A stretch of 64,000 bases of DNA from Actinomycetales bacterium (GCA_018969715.1 JAGWXT010000005.1:13263-77262); one strand, 5' to 3'. Counted from the first letter of the stretch, positions 9,849 to 18,935 are shown. Numbers and translations are program-made. The notes: generated by a model not told the origin, from the sequence alone.

Positions 9849-10892
9849 ATGACGATTCGCGTTGGTGTGATCGGAGCCGGCAGCTGGGCGGTCGCATCAC
9901 ATCTGCCCAATTTGCGTCGCGACCCCGAGGTGGAGTTCGTCGCCGTGGCCCGCAAGGGCCCCGAGCTGCTTGCCAAGATCAAGGACGAATTCGGCTTCGG
10001 GATTGCGTCCGAGGACTACCGGGCAGTTATCGATGCCGGTGTCGATGTCTGCATCGTCGCCAGCCCGTCGGGCCTGCACCATGAGCATGCGAAGGCTGCG
10101 CTGGAGTCAGGTGCACACGTCATGTGCGAGAAGCCGGTCACGATCGACCCAGCGCAGGCGTGGGACCTCGTCGACATCGCGACCCGGGTGAACCGGCAGT
10201 TGGTGATCGCCTTCGGGTGGAACTACCGGCCGATGATCGAGCAGGCTAAGCGGATCATGACGGAGGAGGGAATCGGCACCCTGGAGCACCTCACGGTGAC
10301 GATGGCCTCGGTGACCCGCGAGCTGCTCTCGAATACCGGTGCCTACCCGGATGCCTCCCCGGAAAGCGTTCCGGAGCAGCGGACGTGGACCGATCCGACC
10401 GTCTCCGGCGGCGGCTATGGACAGGCACAGCTGTCACACGCCCTGGGACTTGCCTTCTGGCTGACGGGGGCACGTGTGGCGCAGGGGTTCGCCCTGATGT
10501 CAGCACCCCTGAATGCGCCAGTTGAGCTGCACGATGCCATCGTCTACACCCTTGACGGTGGCGGCATCGGGGTGCTGTCGGGCGCCTCGTGCCACCTCGG
10601 CGCCGGCGGCAATAAGCACGCCCTCGAGGTGCGGGCGATCGGCAGCGAGGGCCAGTTGCTCGTCGATGTCGAACGCGAGGCGCTGTGGCATTTCCGTCAC
10701 GGCAAGGAGACCCGGGTCGATCTCACCCCGGGGGAGGGCACCTACGACTGCGAAGGACCGATCGCCGCGGTGCTGGCGGCTGCTCGCGGTCAGGACGTCA
10801 ACCAGTCACCCGGCGAGTTGGGGGCCCGCACGGTGGAGGCGCTGGCAGTCGCCTACCGAAGCGCGCGCTCCGGTCAGCTCGAGCGGCGATGA
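9849..10892 (+). CDS. Gfo/Idh/MocA family oxidoreductase
   Basis: MTIRVGVIGAGSWA Rossmann start, EKP motif (VMCEKPV), GGAGGAGGG RBS. Confidence 0.8.
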   Translation: MTIRVGVIGAGSWAVASHLPNLRRDPEVEFVAVARKGPELLAKIKDEFGFGIASEDYRAVIDAGVDVCIVASPSGLHHEHAKAALESGAHVMCEKPVTIDPAQAWDLVDIATRVNRQLVIAFGWNYRPMIEQAKRIMTEEGIGTLEHLTVTMASVTRELLSNTGAYPDASPESVPEQRTWTDPTVSGGGYGQAQLSHALGLAFWLTGARVAQGFALMSAPLNAPVELHDAIVYTLDGGGIGVLSGASCHLGAGGNKHALEVRAIGSEGQLLVDVEREALWHFRHGKETRVDLTPGEGTYDCEGPIAAVLAAARGQDVNQSPGELGARTVEALAVAYRSARSGQLERR

Positions 10893-11356
10893 CTGAGACC
10901 CCGGCGGTGACCGGCTTCTTCCACGCCGGTGTGACCGTTCGGGACATGGACGCCTCATTGGTGTTCTACCGGGACGTCCTTGGCCTGCCGGTTGCCTTCG
11001 ATGTCCTCCTGGACGGCCCCTACCTGCCGGTCGTACTCAACCTGTCGTTCACCGAGATCCGGGCGGCCTTCCTCACCATTCCCGGCGGTGGCTACGTCGA
11101 ACTGCTTGAGTACCGCGGTATCGAGCGCCTCCCCGGCCCCGCTCGACCATGTGACTACGGAGCGGGGCACCTCTGCCTGTACGTCACCGGTATCGATGCC
11201 ATCGTCGAACGGGCGGCGCGCCACGGCTTCACTGGTCGCTCCCCGTCACCCGTTGACATCACCCGCGGGCCCAATGCCGGGGCCCGGTCGATCTACCTGG
11301 TTGATCCGGACGGGTACAGCGTCGAGTTGTTCCAGCGGCCGGCTCCGGCCAGCTGA
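10889..11356 (+). CDS. VOC (glyoxalase/bleomycin-resistance/dioxygenase) family protein
   Basis: Track ORF 10685-11356 trimmed to ATG 10889 (ATGA overlap with the upstream stop). FHAGVTVRDMDASLVFYRDVLGL ... HLCLYV ... DPDGYSVELF is the classic VOC pattern. Confidence 0.7.
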   Translation: MTETPAVTGFFHAGVTVRDMDASLVFYRDVLGLPVAFDVLLDGPYLPVVLNLSFTEIRAAFLTIPGGGYVELLEYRGIERLPGPARPCDYGAGHLCLYVTGIDAIVERAARHGFTGRSPSPVDITRGPNAGARSIYLVDPDGYSVELFQRPAPAS

Positions 11357-11372
11357 TCCAGCGGGTACCCGA

Positions 11373-13163
11373 TCAGCCGGTCAGAGTGATCCAGCGAGTC
11401 TCGTAGGCGTCCAGCGTCAGCGGTGAACCATCAGGGAGTTCAGTTGCGGTCTCCTCGTCGGTGAGGTTGGCGATGACGACGATGCTCCCGGTGTCGGATG
11501 CGAAGCCGATGCCCGCGAGGCGATCCGGATCGTCCGCCGCAAGTTGGCGAACTGGGAGGTCCATCGTGGCGATCCGACTTAGCAGCGTGTAGACCGGGGA
11601 AACTGCTGGTGATCCGCCCACCAGTCCACGGCTGCCAACAAGTTCGAACAGGGTGATGGCCGACACGTTCCCGGCGACCAGCGCACTGAGGGCCGCGAGC
11701 GTCCAGGCAGCGCCAATGTCAGTGTGCAGTCGTGGATCGACCTGTGGTGGCGTGCCGTCGGCACTCAGCGGCCCTGCCGGGAACGGACCTTCGTTCCCGA
11801 TGAGATCGAGGGGCGACAGGCAGATGTTGAGACCTGGGTACAGCTGCCGGCAGAAGTCCGCGATATCAATCAAGGCGCGCGGGCTGCGCATCATGGACGA
11901 GGTGTCACATGCATGCACCTGGGGATTGACGGCGAAGACGATTCCCGAAAGACCCGAGTAGTCCGGCCGGTCACGGTTGATGTCGACGAAGAACTGCGTC
12001 GTACCCGAGACCACTGGCACAGCTGCCAGCCCGCATTCCGCAAGGGCGGCCTGCACCGCCCCACCAAACTGCGGCGGGCAGGCACCCCGGAAGGGGCTGA
12101 AGCCGCTGCTCTCAGTGAACACCAGTACCCGCGCCAGCGGCGCTAGGCCCTCACTCAGAACGTCGCACAGCTGGCGGGCGTCATCGGCCGGCGACTCGTG
12201 CCGCAGGAACATCGCCACCTCGAGGGCAGTGGAAAGCTCATCGGCAACGCTGACCGCCTCCCGCCAGACCCGGCGGTAGTCATCCGTCACGTGCAGATCG
12301 ACTCGGATATGCGAGGGGTGCAGCCGCGCGAGTTGCTGGCACTGCGTGGGACTGGGGATCTCGCGCAGCAGGTGGCCAATTGCGGGCAGCCCACCGTCGA
12401 CGCTCCTGTGCCAGCGCAGTCGATTGACCGCTGATGCGGGGGTTGCGGCGCCCGCCGGGCTCGCGATGTCGCGCGGGCTGCCGATACCGCCGGCAATCTG
12501 CAGCCGGATGATCTGGTGGATTCGCATCCCGGCCTCGGCGGAGTGCGGGAAACCAGCTTCAAGGGGCGTACCGTACGTCTTCCAGTTCCCATCCGCCCAG
12601 TTGCGATGGTCCTGCATCTCGAAGCGGTCACCGGCGAAGTCGAAAACGAGTTCGGCGCCGTCGAGGCTGATCTCCAGCCGGTCGAAGTGGGGGGTCATCG
12701 CAGTGAGGGTCCCATCGCGAACGAGTTGCGGAGCAAGGTCCGCCGCGAAGGTCCCGAGGTGTGTTCCGCTCAAGGTGCGACAGCGGAAGGGCCGGCCGGC
12801 ATGTGCCGCGATACCGTGGTGGACATTGAACCCGATCTTGCAGTACTCGAAGGACTGCAGAGCTGCGCCATCCATCTCGAATGTCAGCAGCCCTCGCTCA
12901 CTGAGGTGGACCAACGCCCGCCACCTGAAGTCCATTTCCCGATAGCGGTGACGCGCGTGGAACTCCGCCGTGATGCCGTCACCAGAGGCGCGAACGACTG
13001 GCGATGATAGATGGGCAGGAATGGTGTTCCAGGCAACATCTCGGACGGCAACGTAGAGCCGCTGCACAGTCTCGACGCCGTGCCAGCGGACATCGAAGAG
13101 ATCGCCGTCGGAGAGGACTGCTGAAAGTGGCCCACTGGCCAGCCGAATCGAGCCACCGCTCAC
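11373..13163 (-). CDS. uncharacterized 596-aa cytoplasmic protein (paralog of 41689-43746)
   Basis: GTG start 7 nt after GAAGGAGG and 34 nt downstream of the ABC ATPase gene, so it is the terminal gene of that operon. No signal peptide or TM segment. Conserved strings shared with the paralog: RLYVAVRDVAWNT, QLVRDGTLTAM, GDRFEMQDHRNWAD, VDPRL..GAAW. Confidence 0.75.
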   Translation of the reverse strand: MSGGSIRLASGPLSAVLSDGDLFDVRWHGVETVQRLYVAVRDVAWNTIPAHLSSPVVRASGDGITAEFHARHRYREMDFRWRALVHLSERGLLTFEMDGAALQSFEYCKIGFNVHHGIAAHAGRPFRCRTLSGTHLGTFAADLAPQLVRDGTLTAMTPHFDRLEISLDGAELVFDFAGDRFEMQDHRNWADGNWKTYGTPLEAGFPHSAEAGMRIHQIIRLQIAGGIGSPRDIASPAGAATPASAVNRLRWHRSVDGGLPAIGHLLREIPSPTQCQQLARLHPSHIRVDLHVTDDYRRVWREAVSVADELSTALEVAMFLRHESPADDARQLCDVLSEGLAPLARVLVFTESSGFSPFRGACPPQFGGAVQAALAECGLAAVPVVSGTTQFFVDINRDRPDYSGLSGIVFAVNPQVHACDTSSMMRSPRALIDIADFCRQLYPGLNICLSPLDLIGNEGPFPAGPLSADGTPPQVDPRLHTDIGAAWTLAALSALVAGNVSAITLFELVGSRGLVGGSPAVSPVYTLLSRIATMDLPVRQLAADDPDRLAGIGFASDTGSIVVIANLTDEETATELPDGSPLTLDAYETRWITLTG

Positions 13164-13197
13164 CGTTGAGCCTCCTTCTACTGGATGAGGATGGGCG

Positions 13198-14694
13198 TCA
13201 AGGCGCCGCAGGGATCAGGTCGCTGCCGGCCAGGCCCGCGATGGCCTCCGCCAGTGACTCCGCATCGCCATAATCGGAAACACTCAGGACGTCGGCGATT
13301 CGACCATCCGCCATCACGCACACGCGGTCGGCCACGTCAAAGACTTCGGAGTCCTCTGTGCAGTACATGAGAACCGAAGAGCCGCGGCTGCAGAACTCCC
13401 GAAGCAGCCGATAGATCTCCGCCTTGCTGCCCAGGTCAACCCCGCGTGTGGGCTCCTCGACCGCGAACAGGTGCGGTGCGACTGTGAGCGCGGCTGCGAT
13501 TGCGACCTTCTGCTGGTTGCCGCCGCTGAGGGAGCGAATCGGCAGGCTCAGGCTTGCGGCTTTGACGAGGAACTCATCCTTGGCCTGCGCGGCACCGGTT
13601 TCCGCCTGTCCGCGCCGCAGGTATCCGAGTCTGGTGGTCAGCCGTTTCACAACGCGGAGGTAGAGGTTCTCACCGACGGAGAGGTTGTCGAACAGGCTCT
13701 CACTGCGGTCACCGGTCAGGTACACCACACGATCGCCGCTGCGTGATGACCCGCTCTCCGCAAGCATCATTTGGCCATCGGCACGCTCGAAACCCGCGAC
13801 CGATCGAACCAGCTCCCGACCACCCGAACCCTCGACGCCGACGATGGCCAGCACCTCACCGGCATGAATGCGCAGGTCAAGGTCCCGGAACGCGCCCCCG
13901 CGTTCGGTCCACTTGGTGAGCTCCAGGATCACCTCCCCTCCACCAACTGCGCCGGGGCGCAAAGTTTCCGTTGCGCCCGACCGGCCGACAACAAGTTCAC
14001 GCGCGATGCGCTCCTCAGAGATCTCCTCCCCCGAAAGCTCAGTCTGGGCTCGACCATCGATGATGATCACCACCCGCTGGGCGTACGCGGCCAACTCGCC
14101 CAGTCGGTGACTGACGAGCATGACGCAACGACCGGCATCAGCCAATGCCCGCATTTGGGCAAAAAGCTCTGCTGACTCGTGCTCAGTCAGGGCGGAGTTG
14201 GGTTCATCGAAGAGGAAGACATCGGCACGCTGGACGAGCGCACGAGCGATCTCTACCCGCTGCTGCATTGCCAGGGGAAGGCTGCCCACCGTGTGATCGC
14301 GCACGCCGGCAAGTCCCACTTGTTGGAGGATCTCGTCATCGGCGGGCCGCGAATGGGGCCAGCCGAGCCGGCTTCCCTCCCGACCGACCAGCAGGTTGTC
14401 CGCAACGGTGAGGTTGGGGAACAGTTGCGGTTCCTGGTGCACGACCGCAACCCGATCAATGCCGTCGCGAGCAGTCCACCGCCGACCATCGATGGTGATC
14501 ACGCCGGTATCCGGCGTCGCCTCACCGCTGAGGATCCGCACGAGCGTGCTCTTCCCTGCACCATTGGGCCCGGCGATTCCGAGAATCTGCCCCGGCAGCA
14601 CGGCAAGGTCGAGACCCGCCAGTGCCTGCGTGTCCCCGTATCGCTTCGTCAGTGCGGTGATGGTGATGCCTCGCGGCAGGGCTGCCGTGGTCAT
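13198..14694 (-). CDS. sugar ABC transporter ATP-binding protein (fused double NBD, CUT2)
   Basis: 498 aa. Walker A GPNGAGKST and signature LSGGNQQKVAIA. Confidence 0.9.
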   Translation of the reverse strand: MTTAALPRGITITALTKRYGDTQALAGLDLAVLPGQILGIAGPNGAGKSTLVRILSGEATPDTGVITIDGRRWTARDGIDRVAVVHQEPQLFPNLTVADNLLVGREGSRLGWPHSRPADDEILQQVGLAGVRDHTVGSLPLAMQQRVEIARALVQRADVFLFDEPNSALTEHESAELFAQMRALADAGRCVMLVSHRLGELAAYAQRVVIIIDGRAQTELSGEEISEERIARELVVGRSGATETLRPGAVGGGEVILELTKWTERGGAFRDLDLRIHAGEVLAIVGVEGSGGRELVRSVAGFERADGQMMLAESGSSRSGDRVVYLTGDRSESLFDNLSVGENLYLRVVKRLTTRLGYLRRGQAETGAAQAKDEFLVKAASLSLPIRSLSGGNQQKVAIAAALTVAPHLFAVEEPTRGVDLGSKAEIYRLLREFCSRGSSVLMYCTEDSEVFDVADRVCVMADGRIADVLSVSDYGDAESLAEAIAGLAGSDLIPAAP

Positions 14695-14697
14695 CGG

Positions 14698-15747
14698 CTA
14701 GGCATCCCGACGCCAGCGCTGGGTTGCCTGATCAAGGACGACCGCGCCAATGGTGACCGCGCCGATGAAGATCTGCTGCAGGAATGCCCCCGCAGCGATC
14801 AGGGCAAGCCCGTTGTTGAGAATGGCCAGCAGCAAGCACCCGAGCAGGGTGCCAATCACCGTTCCGCGGCCCCCGGAGAGCGATGCGCCTCCGATGACGA
14901 CGGCGGCGAAGGTCGGGAACAGCAGATTCGCACCAGAGTCGGGTTGGACGGTGCTGATGAATGAGAAGACGAGGACGCCGGCCAGGCAGGCTGCCACGGC
15001 GCAGATGACGAAGGCCCACAACTTGTAGCGCCGGACCGGCAGGTGAGCGAAGTTGGCGGCGATCGGATTGCCACCGATGGCCTTCAAGCGAAAACCAAAG
15101 AGGGACTTGCTCAGCAGGTACCAGAAGATGAGCGCCACCCCCAACATCCAGATCGCGCCCATCGGCAGGCCCAGCGGCAGGTTCTGATTGCTCAGCCCAT
15201 AGAACCAGTCGACCTGCTGCTCGTTCATCGTCCGGCCCGGGCCCGGCTGCCTGGGGGTGTACGTTCCGGAGCCACTGACGAGCAGGGTGAACCCAAAGAC
15301 AAGGATGCTGGAGCCCAAGGTTGCAATGAATGAGGGGATCTTCGTAACCGTGGTGAAGAAGCCATTGAATATCCCGACCACGATGGCGCAGAGGAAGGCA
15401 AAGCCGATGGCAATGCCGACATTCCAGCCCCAGGAGATCCAGGCAACGGCGGTGATCATCCCACTGAATCCGTAGACGGCGCCGAAGGACAGGTCGATCT
15501 CGCCGACAACAAGGACGACCGTCAACCCCAGGCCGACGATTGCAAGGGTGCTCATGTACCGGAGCATCCCCAGCAGATTGTCCGGTTGCAGGAACTTGCC
15601 ATCGGAGACGATTGCGAACAAGGCCATCACAAGAACGATCGTCAGGACGAGCCCGGCGGTCCGGCCAAACTCGCGCAGGGGCAGTCGCGCACCGCCACCG
15701 GGCGAGGCTGAGGAGGCCGAGGGCGAGGAGGTCGCGCTTGCAGTCAT
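14698..15747 (-). CDS. sugar ABC transporter permease (RbsC-like)
   Basis: 349 aa, multi-TM, GGASLSGGRGTVIGT string. 3-nt gap to the ATPase gene. Confidence 0.85.
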   Translation of the reverse strand: MTASATSSPSASSASPGGGARLPLREFGRTAGLVLTIVLVMALFAIVSDGKFLQPDNLLGMLRYMSTLAIVGLGLTVVLVVGEIDLSFGAVYGFSGMITAVAWISWGWNVGIAIGFAFLCAIVVGIFNGFFTTVTKIPSFIATLGSSILVFGFTLLVSGSGTYTPRQPGPGRTMNEQQVDWFYGLSNQNLPLGLPMGAIWMLGVALIFWYLLSKSLFGFRLKAIGGNPIAANFAHLPVRRYKLWAFVICAVAACLAGVLVFSFISTVQPDSGANLLFPTFAAVVIGGASLSGGRGTVIGTLLGCLLLAILNNGLALIAAGAFLQQIFIGAVTIGAVVLDQATQRWRRDA

Positions 15748-15769
15748 CAGGTATCTCGCTTCAGTTCTG

Positions 15770-15809
15770 GATGGTGTGGGGCGGGCATTGCCACCCGCCC
15801 CACACCATC
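15770..15809 (-). terminator. intra-operon GC-rich hairpin directly after the SBP gene (attenuator / mRNA-stabilising stem-loop)
   Basis: GATGGTGTGGGGCGGG-cattgcca-CCCGCCCCACACCATC: perfect 16-bp stem with an 8-nt loop, in the 80-nt gap between the SBP stop (15828) and the permease start (15747). No U-tract. Confidence 0.5.
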
Positions 15810-15827
15810 AGCCAACGTGGGGTGGTA

Positions 15828-17060
15828 CTACTGCAGGATCTGGTTGAGCACCTTGCGGGCCTCAGCCACATTGGCCGAGGTCACGGGCACCAGTTTCTGC
15901 GTGTTGGGCATGACCAGACCGTGCTTGAGGTACATCGCGCACGCGAGCGCACCGTACCCAGCCTGCTGGGACCATGCCTGATCGAGTGCCGCGACCTGGA
16001 TGCCGTCATCAATGCCCTGGAATTGCCCCTCACTGGTGTTCCAACCGATGGTGAAGACCTTGCCAGTGCGCTTCGAATCGGCAATGGCGCGGTTGGCGTG
16101 CTCAGCCCCGATATCGACGTTCTCAATGAACTGCACCTGCGGGTTTCCGGTGAGGAACGCCTTGTAGGCGTCGTAGGTCTTAGCCGGATCGTACGACGTC
16201 ACCAGCGCATCGGAGGGCCCGTTGACGAAGGTAGCGCCCGGAATCAACTCCGTGATCCCGGCGATGAAGCCCTTCATGCGGCCCTGGGCCCATGATGCCG
16301 AGGGGTCACCGCCAGACACAGCGAAGACCTTGAGGTCCTTCCCGTTCTCCGTCGCCCAGTTCGCCACGATCTCGGCCGCCTGGCGGCCCTCCGCCTCGGA
16401 CACCTGCGTGAAGTTGGCGAACTCGTTTGCAGCCGAGGTCACGCCCACGGTGAACACGGGGATTCCCTTGGCCATGACCTTGTTCGTGATGTCGGTGAAG
16501 CTGACGTCATCGAGTGGCTGGATGGCTAGGCAATCAAGAGAGCCGGTGTTCAACTGCGCCTCGATGCCGGCAATCTGGGCCGCCACGTCCTGCCCCGGGG
16601 TGGACGGTGAGACATCGGCGCCCTTCATCGGCAGGATGGACGTCGCCACTGGCAGGGTGTCGTTGTAGCCGATCAGGTACTGCTGCGAGAAGAGCGGAAT
16701 GCTCTTGGATCCGTAGGAGATGACGTAGTTGACCTCCTCCCCGGCGGCGATCTTGGCCGCGATGTCCGGGTTGAGGGTGAAGGTGCTGCCGTCCGCCAAT
16801 GCCCCGGGTGCGGCAGCGGCAGCCAGAAGTGACTCGGCGAGCTGGCTGTAGCCAAGCTGCTCGAGCTCGGCCGCCTGGGCGGCGACGTCGGGGGCGGCGG
16901 CCGTTTCGGCCGGTGCCGCCTCCTCTGCAGGGGCTTCCGCGGCGGCCGTTTCGGCCGGTGCCGCCTCCTCAACGGTCGTCGATCCAGCCGAGCATGCGGC
17001 CAGCAGTGCTGCAGCGCCGACGACGGCAATGGCCGTCACAAGGCTCTTGGTTCTCATCAT
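15828..17060 (-). CDS. sugar ABC transporter substrate-binding lipoprotein
   Basis: Lipobox MMRTKSLVTAIAVVGAAALLAAC|SAG, then the repeated linker EEAAPAETAAAEAPAEEAAPAETAAAPD, then a PBP type I body. Confidence 0.8.
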   Translation of the reverse strand: MMRTKSLVTAIAVVGAAALLAACSAGSTTVEEAAPAETAAAEAPAEEAAPAETAAAPDVAAQAAELEQLGYSQLAESLLAAAAAPGALADGSTFTLNPDIAAKIAAGEEVNYVISYGSKSIPLFSQQYLIGYNDTLPVATSILPMKGADVSPSTPGQDVAAQIAGIEAQLNTGSLDCLAIQPLDDVSFTDITNKVMAKGIPVFTVGVTSAANEFANFTQVSEAEGRQAAEIVANWATENGKDLKVFAVSGGDPSASWAQGRMKGFIAGITELIPGATFVNGPSDALVTSYDPAKTYDAYKAFLTGNPQVQFIENVDIGAEHANRAIADSKRTGKVFTIGWNTSEGQFQGIDDGIQVAALDQAWSQQAGYGALACAMYLKHGLVMPNTQKLVPVTSANVAEARKVLNQILQ

Positions 17061-17099
17061 TAGCGGTGTTCACTCCCTTCATGGGTGAGGTTGATCTTT

Positions 17100-17115
17100 C
17101 TGGATACGATTCCAG
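17100..17115. promoter_or_regulatory. candidate LacI-type operator, site 4 (CTGGATACGATTCCAG)
   Basis: Within TCTGGATACGATTCCAGA, 7 of 9 arm pairs are palindromic around a central CG. Lies ~40 nt upstream of SBP start 17060, inside an unusually AT-rich 213-bp intergenic region. Confidence 0.5.
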
Positions 17116-17273
17116 ACAAAGGGATATTTTTCCCTTCCGTCGACCTCCCAGTCAAGAGAGAAGTGTTTCCGGAAAATGAACGCAGGAAATATCCATCCGG
17201 TGTGATGCGCGGCCGCAACCGCGTTGGTGGAGCCGACGCATTGCCGGAACACACCAGCGCCCACCGGTTGGTG

Positions 17274-18773
17274 TCAGGCGCTGCGAAACTCCGCCCCCAG
17301 GTGGTCAGCGATGCGCTCGATGTCGGCGGCGATAGCCGCACAGGTGAGAGCCGAATGGTGGTTGGCGCCCGACGCCGCCCAGCGCGGCCATGCCTGGGTG
17401 ACCGGACCACTGGCAAAGCGGAACCCCGCGTTCACCGTGCCGGTTTGCGGTGAGCGTCGGCCCGTGGTGCGGCCATCGGCGGCGATGAAGCGCGCGGTGC
17501 CGTCTACGCGCTGGGTGAAGGCGACCAGGCCGGCCGGGCCGGCGGGGACGGTGAACAGGGCACACGGGGCGGTGCGCGCGTCACCGGTGAACCAGGTGTT
17601 GGGGACCATCGCCGGTCGTCCCGCGCACAGGCGCCGGTCATGCTCGCCGGAATTGGCAAGGATGACCTCATCGGCGTCGTAGTCGACCGCTTCGATCTCG
17701 TGGTAGAGCGTCGGCAGCTCCAGTGCCTGCACTGTGGCCATTGCGATGGCGGTCACGACATCACCCGTGCACGTCCATGGCACGCCGGCGGTGGTTGATT
17801 CCCCGAGGGCAAGACAGGGGGTGATGCCCAACTCCGGACCGAATCGGATCTCGGGGACGTGGCAGTTGAAGGCACCGCCGATGAGACCGGACTCACGGGT
17901 CAGGTCAGCCAGTGCCAGCAGTACGCGCACGGAGCGCTCGAAGCCGCCGGGATCAACGTCGCTGGCGACATCGAACTGACTGGCAACGTCGTGCATCGCT
18001 GCGGCCACCCGATCAGTCGGACAGGCCAAGGCGCGATCGCGAACCTCAGTGGGGGTGATGTGCGCGATGCGCAGGCCGAGGCGCTGTGTCAGCTGCTCAT
18101 CGTCGGCATCGACACTGAGGTACCCGGGCAGCGTGGTGCCCACCCGCGCGATCACCCCGGCCCGCAAGCGTCCTGCTGCGATCGCCGGTCGCAGGGCCGC
18201 GCGGGCGACCTCGATTCTGGAGGCAGGGCCCATGCGGATGTCGAAGGGGCGGCCTTCGCGGACGAGGACGTTGGTGAGCAGCGGTCCGCCGACGGTGGCG
18301 CCCTGAGTGGTGATGTCGGTGTGACTGAACTGTGGATTCAAGCGATCGTCGACGTGGACGGCCCACACGACCACCGGGGTATGAGGGATGCGGTGGAGGA
18401 TCGACATCATCGGCCCCGGGGGGGCTGCCATCGAGATGGCGATCAGCACTGCATCGATGGGCGCTGCTGTCGAGGATCCGTTGGATCCCATGATCGGCTG
18501 GTCCGTCAGCTGTGCGGCGATCCGATCGGCATCGGACTGGTCGGCGATGAGGGCATGCAGGACAACCTCAGGTGTGGTGACCCCGACTGCCGGATCATCG
18601 TGCGCACCCGTGGGGGCGGCGGACCTCGCCGGCTCGGTGAGGTCCGCGACGATCCGGGCGAGCAGCGCCGCCCGCTCCGCCCGCAGGTCCCAGGGGACGG
18701 CGGACTCCCAGAACTCCCAGTAGGGCATCAGCACGGCAATCCGTCCCCGCCGGCGACCAGGTACTGGCGACAC
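17274..18773 (-). CDS. L-arabinose/L-fucose isomerase family protein
   Basis: Track ORF 17274-18899. I prefer GTG 18773, preceded by GGGAGGA, giving 499 aa that begin just before the first strand RIAVLMPYWEFWE. This also leaves the operator at 18812 intergenic. The C-terminal half (FNCHVPE..., ANSGEHD, HHSALTCAA) resembles the AraA/FucI family. Confidence 0.6.
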   Translation of the reverse strand: MSPVPGRRRGRIAVLMPYWEFWESAVPWDLRAERAALLARIVADLTEPARSAAPTGAHDDPAVGVTTPEVVLHALIADQSDADRIAAQLTDQPIMGSNGSSTAAPIDAVLIAISMAAPPGPMMSILHRIPHTPVVVWAVHVDDRLNPQFSHTDITTQGATVGGPLLTNVLVREGRPFDIRMGPASRIEVARAALRPAIAAGRLRAGVIARVGTTLPGYLSVDADDEQLTQRLGLRIAHITPTEVRDRALACPTDRVAAAMHDVASQFDVASDVDPGGFERSVRVLLALADLTRESGLIGGAFNCHVPEIRFGPELGITPCLALGESTTAGVPWTCTGDVVTAIAMATVQALELPTLYHEIEAVDYDADEVILANSGEHDRRLCAGRPAMVPNTWFTGDARTAPCALFTVPAGPAGLVAFTQRVDGTARFIAADGRTTGRRSPQTGTVNAGFRFASGPVTQAWPRWAASGANHHSALTCAAIAADIERIADHLGAEFRSA

Positions 18774-18811
18774 GATTCCTCCCGCCTCTGGTGGGACACC
18801 GGCCGCGGCGA

Positions 18812-18827
18812 CTGGTAACGTTTCCCA
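18812..18827. promoter_or_regulatory. candidate LacI-type operator, site 5 (CTGGTAACGTTTCCCA)
   Basis: Divergent region between the isomerase-like gene and ORF 18936. The 13-nt core GGTAACGTTTCCC is identical to the site at 44701. Confidence 0.45.
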
Positions 18828-18935
18828 CCACTCGCGGCAGGCTAGCGCACGCTGCCGCGCGTTGCCGTCCACTGTGCGCCGTCCGGCAATGGCGGGCACC
18901 GACCGTTCACAACCTCTGAGGAAGGGAGTGCGCCA

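Noticed and set aside
12560-12600. The conserved DHRNWAD(G) string in both unknown paralogs resembles the DHRxxDG catalytic motif of E2 acyltransferases. This is tempting because the 704-aa copy follows E1 and a lipoyl domain.
   Set aside because: The spacing differs by one residue. The surrounding N-terminal module reads like a beta-sandwich rather than a CAT-like fold. The 596-aa copy has no E1/lipoyl neighbours. This is probably coincidence, but structure prediction would settle it.
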